Assembly: GCA_964514965.1 (NCBI GenBank)
Contig: CAZETV010000002.1
Span: forward strand, 156,445-188,444
Direction of reading: 5' to 3'
Source: Candidatus Hadarchaeota archaeon
GTDB lineage: Archaea > Hadarchaeota > Hadarchaeia > Hadarchaeales > Hadarchaeaceae
Length of the DNA stretch: 32,000 bases
Shown here: piece after piece, positions 28,056 to 32,000 of the stretch
Numbering within the stretch: the stretch's first letter is position 1
Layout: the number at the start of each line of letters is the position of its first letter
Notes under the pieces: model-generated
What the model was told of the DNA's origin: nothing
Databases searched by the model: none
What the model saw: only the letters and a program-made list of their open reading frames with translations
Made by a program: the position numbers and the translations under genes

Positions 28056-30302
28056 ATGATAAAGAAGGTAGCAGGAGCAGTTGAACGAAGACCCTATCTG
28101 GTTATCATTTGTGTTTTCTTGATAAGCGGCTTCATGACTTACGGAGTCACTAAACTTTCGACCACAACAGAGTTCAGAGAATTTTTACCTGAGGACTCAC
28201 CAACGGTTAAAACAACAGTGGAATTCGAAAACAACTTCGGCGGTACAACCGAGAGAATTCTACTCAAAGCCGAAAATGTTTTTAATGAAAACACGATTCG
28301 AGATATCCTTGAGCTGGAGAACGCACTCCAAAATGAGCCTGAGCTACGAGATTACATTACAGAAGTGAAGTCGTATGTCGATTATTTGGGGATTACCGAA
28401 AACATGCTGTTGCTACCCGAACCCCAACTCAGAGCATACCTTTACTCTCTGCTCACCCAACCTCAAGTAGTAAGCGCCGTGGAGAGACTCATAAGTAACG
28501 ATCAAAAGGCAACTATCATCAACGTCTCCACGGCATCTGAACTACCTGCGGACGAACGGACGAAAAAAACCGATACTTTTATCGAATTCATCATTGGGTT
28601 TAGCGAAAATAATGAGAATCTGACGCTTGGAGTAACAGGCGACGACATTCTCCACAACGATATATTTGGATTGATGAATAGAGACAATCAAATACTGATA
28701 TCTGCAGCAGCCATCTTAGTCATCGTGATTCTTTTCTTCATATTTAGAAGACTTTCAGATATTGGTATCTCCGTTCTCACGGTCGCGCTTGGCGCACTCT
28801 GGGCGCTGGGGGCTATGGCGTGGTTAGAACTGAAGTTTACGATGATTCACGTAGCCCTGATCCCACTGATTTTCGGGCTGGGGATAGATTACTCCATTCA
28901 CATGCTTAACCGCTATTACGAAGGGCTAGGCAATGGCATGCGTACTGAGAGGGCTATCTCGACTTCCATACGAACTACCGGCGCAGCGATAACCCTCGCC
29001 GCAGTGACGACGATAATCGGATTCAGCTCTTTTATGATCTCCAACTTCCCCGCGATAAGCACGCTCGGAGCTTTTGCTGCACTCGGTATCGCTTTCACCT
29101 TTTTGCTCGCAACGATATTTTTGCCAGCTATGCTACTACTGCGTGACCGAAGAGGAAAGAAAGTAAAAAAGAAACTAGCAAGACGTGGGGAGCGATTCGA
29201 TAAGTTATTATCAACAACGGTGGTTGGGATCGAGCGCCACAGGAAATTGATAGTGACAGCGGCGATTCTTATGACCGCGATATGCGCATTTTCTGCTTAC
29301 GGTATCTCCACGACTATGTCTTTTGAGAGCTTCCTTCCTGCGGACGTTCCTTCCATGGCTACGATGAACGAAATAGAGGAGCAGTTTGGCGGGCAATCGG
29401 TAATCATAGTTTTGGCGAAAGGGGATATTAATAGCCCTCAAGGATTGCAGGTAATGTTCGACCTAGAAAACTCAGTGCTTTCTGAAGGGGACAATTTAAT
29501 CACAGACTCAATGAGTTTGGCAAACATCGTTTCTCAAATTACAGGCGGCATCCCATCATCAAAGGACGAGGTTGAGGCAGTAATCAACAACATTGACCCA
29601 ACTCAGCTTAAAAAACTCTCGAGTGGCGATACAGCAGCAATCTACTTTTACGTGAACTCGAAAACTGACCAAGATATGACGGAAGCAACTCGGATAATCA
29701 GGGGACACGTAAAAGAAAATATGAATAATTATTTGAATCTGAACATCGATGGCGAACCAGCCGTGGGTGGAGAGCCGGTCATCATCAGTGATATCGTTAA
29801 TGGAATATCATCGAATATGATACGAACGACAATACTCGCCTTTTTACTTTGTCTGATAGTCTTGATTATCGTCTTTCGTTCGCCTATTTTGGGTGGTATA
29901 GCACTGTTGCCAATGCTTTTAACAGTTAGCTGGGAATTCGGCACACTTCGCGCGTTGGGTTGGTCGCTTGACGTGTTGACAATGAGTATATCAGCGTTAA
30001 TCATAGGTATAGGAATAGATTATGCTATCCACGTCATTCATAGATTCAGAGAGGAGCGCGGGCAACACAAGCTTGAGCTCCAAAGCGCAATCCGAACCAC
30101 CATGATGAAAGTCGGAACCGCATTATTGGCTGCGGCTGCGACCACAATTGGAGTATTTGGTGTACTGGCACTCTCGACTATGCCAGCTATTATGAAGTTC
30201 GGAACGCTGACCGCGATTGTGATTTTCTACGCTTTCGTTGCAGCTTTGGTAATTCTGCCGTCGATACTCGTTATCTATTCGCTCTGGAAACGAAAAAAGT
30301 GA
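28056..30302 (+). CDS. MMPL/RND-superfamily membrane transporter (COG1033-like, two 6-TM bundles)
   Basis: About 750 aa with duplicated TM blocks carrying GIDY.IH motifs (GLGIDYSIHMLNRY and GIGIDYAIHVIHRF). The ATG at 28056 follows a GGTG. An alternative GTG start lies at 28038. Confidence 0.85.
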   Translation: MIKKVAGAVERRPYLVIICVFLISGFMTYGVTKLSTTTEFREFLPEDSPTVKTTVEFENNFGGTTERILLKAENVFNENTIRDILELENALQNEPELRDYITEVKSYVDYLGITENMLLLPEPQLRAYLYSLLTQPQVVSAVERLISNDQKATIINVSTASELPADERTKKTDTFIEFIIGFSENNENLTLGVTGDDILHNDIFGLMNRDNQILISAAAILVIVILFFIFRRLSDIGISVLTVALGALWALGAMAWLELKFTMIHVALIPLIFGLGIDYSIHMLNRYYEGLGNGMRTERAISTSIRTTGAAITLAAVTTIIGFSSFMISNFPAISTLGAFAALGIAFTFLLATIFLPAMLLLRDRRGKKVKKKLARRGERFDKLLSTTVVGIERHRKLIVTAAILMTAICAFSAYGISTTMSFESFLPADVPSMATMNEIEEQFGGQSVIIVLAKGDINSPQGLQVMFDLENSVLSEGDNLITDSMSLANIVSQITGGIPSSKDEVEAVINNIDPTQLKKLSSGDTAAIYFYVNSKTDQDMTEATRIIRGHVKENMNNYLNLNIDGEPAVGGEPVIISDIVNGISSNMIRTTILAFLLCLIVLIIVFRSPILGGIALLPMLLTVSWEFGTLRALGWSLDVLTMSISALIIGIGIDYAIHVIHRFREERGQHKLELQSAIRTTMMKVGTALLAAAATTIGVFGVLALSTMPAIMKFGTLTAIVIFYAFVAALVILPSILVIYSLWKRKK

Positions 30303-30585
30303 AGTGTTAGATGAATTCGGGTATTGAAAATCATTTATCCTTGTTAATCCCTTTTTAACATTATACCATTTCTTGCCCACCACCGACGCACATAATCACT
30401 AGCCTCTTCACAAGTTCCTCTTTCATTTCATGTATAATGGTCACCACAAAACGAAAATATACAACCGTTTACTCATACAAGAAATGGGTTCGGAAAACTG
30501 GATAAAAGGGATATAAACCAATTAAAACAATTTATTGAAACGAACAATGAGACCAAGCTCCTTGAATTGAGTCGGGCGAAGGCGG

Positions 30586-30780
30586 ATGAATAAAGCCAAT
30601 TATTGTCCGCATTGTGGTTCGAAGAAGGTGAGGTGGGCGTCTGGACTTCCACAGCTATGGGCAGTTTACGATTGCTTGGAGTGTGGATACCGAGGTTCTC
30701 TTATCGTCGACGATGCTGACCTTGCGAAGAGAATTAGAAGATCTTGGTTGCGAAAGCAGAAGGCGCTAGCAAGAAAATAG
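30586..30780 (+). CDS. Small zinc-ribbon protein (hypothetical)
   Basis: 64-aa ORF with CPHC...x25...CLEC and a basic C-terminal tail. No family was recognised. Confidence 0.5.
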   Translation: MNKANYCPHCGSKKVRWASGLPQLWAVYDCLECGYRGSLIVDDADLAKRIRRSWLRKQKALARK

Positions 30781-31172
30781 GATCCACAACGCCCCTCGTC
30801 GCCGTGATACGAGGAAACGAATATGTTGTGATTTACGGGTAGCTCCTAGTCACAAGAATTGGGGATAAAATAGCTATCCTGTTGATTCCCCGAGAATTCT
30901 TGGAACGCATGCACATCTGGCTATAATCGTCGCCTAGGCTCGAATTTTTTGGTTTTGAGAGTAGAGTACCGAGAAGCGAACTGCGTTACAAAGACTAGGG
31001 AACATGGCTAAGTCGCCTGCTGCAGAACTCCGAGGTCGTAGGACTAATCAAGCAGAAACTCCGGGAGATGGGGTTACACACCGGGTAATCATGGTGCTGG
31101 GTGCTCGATCTTGAAATATGATAGAATTTATTTGGTAACATAAATATGCTTTTATCGGAGCGAGGATAGTTG

Positions 31173-31529
31173 ATGGACATACTAATCTTGTTCTATTGGT
31201 TAATATCGTTGATAGTGACGCTTGTCCTAATACTCGCGGTTGCTGTATCTCTTATAAGTATTACCGAAGGTCTCGCGGAAGATGTGAAGTGGACAAGCGG
31301 ACCTTCTATAACGCGTTTGCTACTTCTGTTTTTCCTGTTTTGCGTATCAGTGTTAATACTGAACCTCTCCTTGACCAGTACGATACTCGGACATTTGACA
31401 GGGGATTTCTTCGTTATTCGGGTTTTATTCGTTATTTTATTTGGAACTTGCACACTCATAATTGGTTTCCGTTTATCCGTATATGTAAAAGAAATATTTC
31501 GTAGAATAAAGAGACATAAAATGGGTTGA
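31173..31529 (+). CDS. Hypothetical small membrane protein (3-4 TM segments)
   Basis: Strongly hydrophobic 118-aa ORF. GAGGA lies 7 nt upstream of the ATG, and the C-terminus is basic. Confidence 0.5.
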   Translation: MDILILFYWLISLIVTLVLILAVAVSLISITEGLAEDVKWTSGPSITRLLLLFFLFCVSVLILNLSLTSTILGHLTGDFFVIRVLFVILFGTCTLIIGFRLSVYVKEIFRRIKRHKMG

Positions 31530-31764
31530 AGGGAAAAGGGACAAGGGATTCTTCGTCCTGAGTTCTATTGCAGGGAAAAAACAACATGACACGTGGAGTT
31601 GGATTCGAAGGAGATGTTAATTTTCCCTTCTCCCTCCCGCCCCCTCGCTGCAGTTCCCTCGGTAGTGACGTGGGGAAAAGGAGCAAACCTGGGGGGGCAG
31701 ACACATCTATTACTGGAACCTGAATCATCACTGAGCTTTGCATGAACTAGTTTCTGCGCATAGA

Positions 31765-32000
31765 TTACCTGGTGAAGAAGTAGACATTGCCATCAGCACT
31801 ACCAGCGGCGATATAGGATCCGTCAGAGGAGATTGAAACTGACCAGACCACACTACCAGTCGCATATGACCAAAGCGGAGTGCTACCACCTCTAGAGAAG
31901 AGATAAACATTGTCGTCATAACTGCTGGCGGCGATATAAGAGCCATCAGAGGAGATTGAAACTGACCAGACCACACTACCAGTCGCATATGACCAAAGCG
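31765..32000 (-). CDS. Beta-propeller (WD40-like/PQQ-like) repeat protein, C-terminal end (5' part outside the window)
   Basis: The frame reads ...LWSYATGSVVWSVSISSDGSYIAASSYDDNVYLFSRGGSTPLWSYATGSVVWSVSISSDGSYIAAGSADGNVYFFTR*. This is a 41-aa blade-like repeat. The ORF stays open to the window edge. Confidence 0.7.
   Translation of the reverse strand, partial: LWSYATGSVVWSVSISSDGSYIAASSYDDNVYLFSRGGSTPLWSYATGSVVWSVSISSDGSYIAAGSADGNVYFFTR
31805..32000. repeat. 123-bp tandem coding repeat (the last 50 nt of each copy are identical)
   Basis: 31828-31877 matches 31951-32000 at 50 of 50 positions. The preceding 23 nt match at 20 of 23. The period of 123 bp equals one 41-aa blade. Confidence 0.85.

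Noticed and set aside
30995-31180. 61-aa minus-strand ORF, and a fleeting resemblance of AGGTCGTAGGAC...AAGCAG to the SRP RNA helix-8 motif
   Set aside because: The flanking bases do not pair into the SRP hairpin, and the ORF has no start context or motif.
31456-31743. 95-aa minus-strand ORF downstream of the propeller gene stop
   Set aside because: It overlaps the 3' end of the plus-strand membrane-protein gene, and it has a Pro/Gly/Leu-rich, motif-less sequence. I considered that it might be a frameshifted continuation of the propeller protein, but it follows a clean TAA and shows no repeat homology.
31728-31988. 86-aa ORF in another frame of the 123-bp repeats
   Set aside because: The alternative frame encodes a recognisable beta-propeller blade motif (SISSDGSYIAAGS.DG.VY.F). 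This frame gives only repeat-derived nonsense.
31805-32000. Tandem repeats considered as a possible CRISPR array or satellite
   Set aside because: The period of 123 bp is continuous coding sequence in one open frame, with no spacer-repeat structure.

Overview
This is an archaeal chromosomal segment, transcribed almost entirely from the minus strand. Positions 1-19,558 form one unbroken same-strand array with tiny or overlapping gene junctions. In transcription order it reads: tRNA-Lys, rpoH, an unsplit rpoB, rpoA', rpoA'', L30e, NusA-like protein, S12, S7, EF-1alpha, S10, tRNA-Ser, archease, RtcB RNA ligase, a DUF171/SPOUT methyltransferase, then L3-L4-L23-L2-S19-L22-S3-L29-SUI1-Rpp29-S17-L14 (L14 cut by the window edge). 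There is no EF-2 between S7 and EF-1alpha, and tRNA-Ser follows S10. That arrangement is the Sulfolobus/TACK type rather than the methanogen or halophile type.

Positions 19.6-21.5 kb are a visibly AT-richer islet carrying mntP and a divergent thyX-like gene. A decayed 47-bp copy of the 3' half of the neighbouring tRNA-Asp bounds the thyX-like gene. A stable-RNA cluster follows at 21.5-22.0 kb: tRNA-Asp, an unlinked 5S rRNA, and a 128-nt tRNA-Tyr gene interrupted at two places by 51 nt of intervening sequence, which I resolve into three introns.

The rest of the window holds a DUF763-type gene with an apparent homopolymer frameshift, then a radical-SAM / nadX-nadA-nadC / small winged-helix operon ending in a hairpin plus T6. 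After that come a divergent wHTH regulator with an MMPL/RND-type transporter, a small zinc-ribbon ORF, a small membrane protein, and the 3' end of a beta-propeller repeat protein encoded by near-identical 123-bp tandem repeats. I found no CRISPR array, transposase or integrase. The most unusual object is the multi-intron tRNA-Tyr, together with the RtcB/archease ligation module embedded in the ribosomal super-operon.
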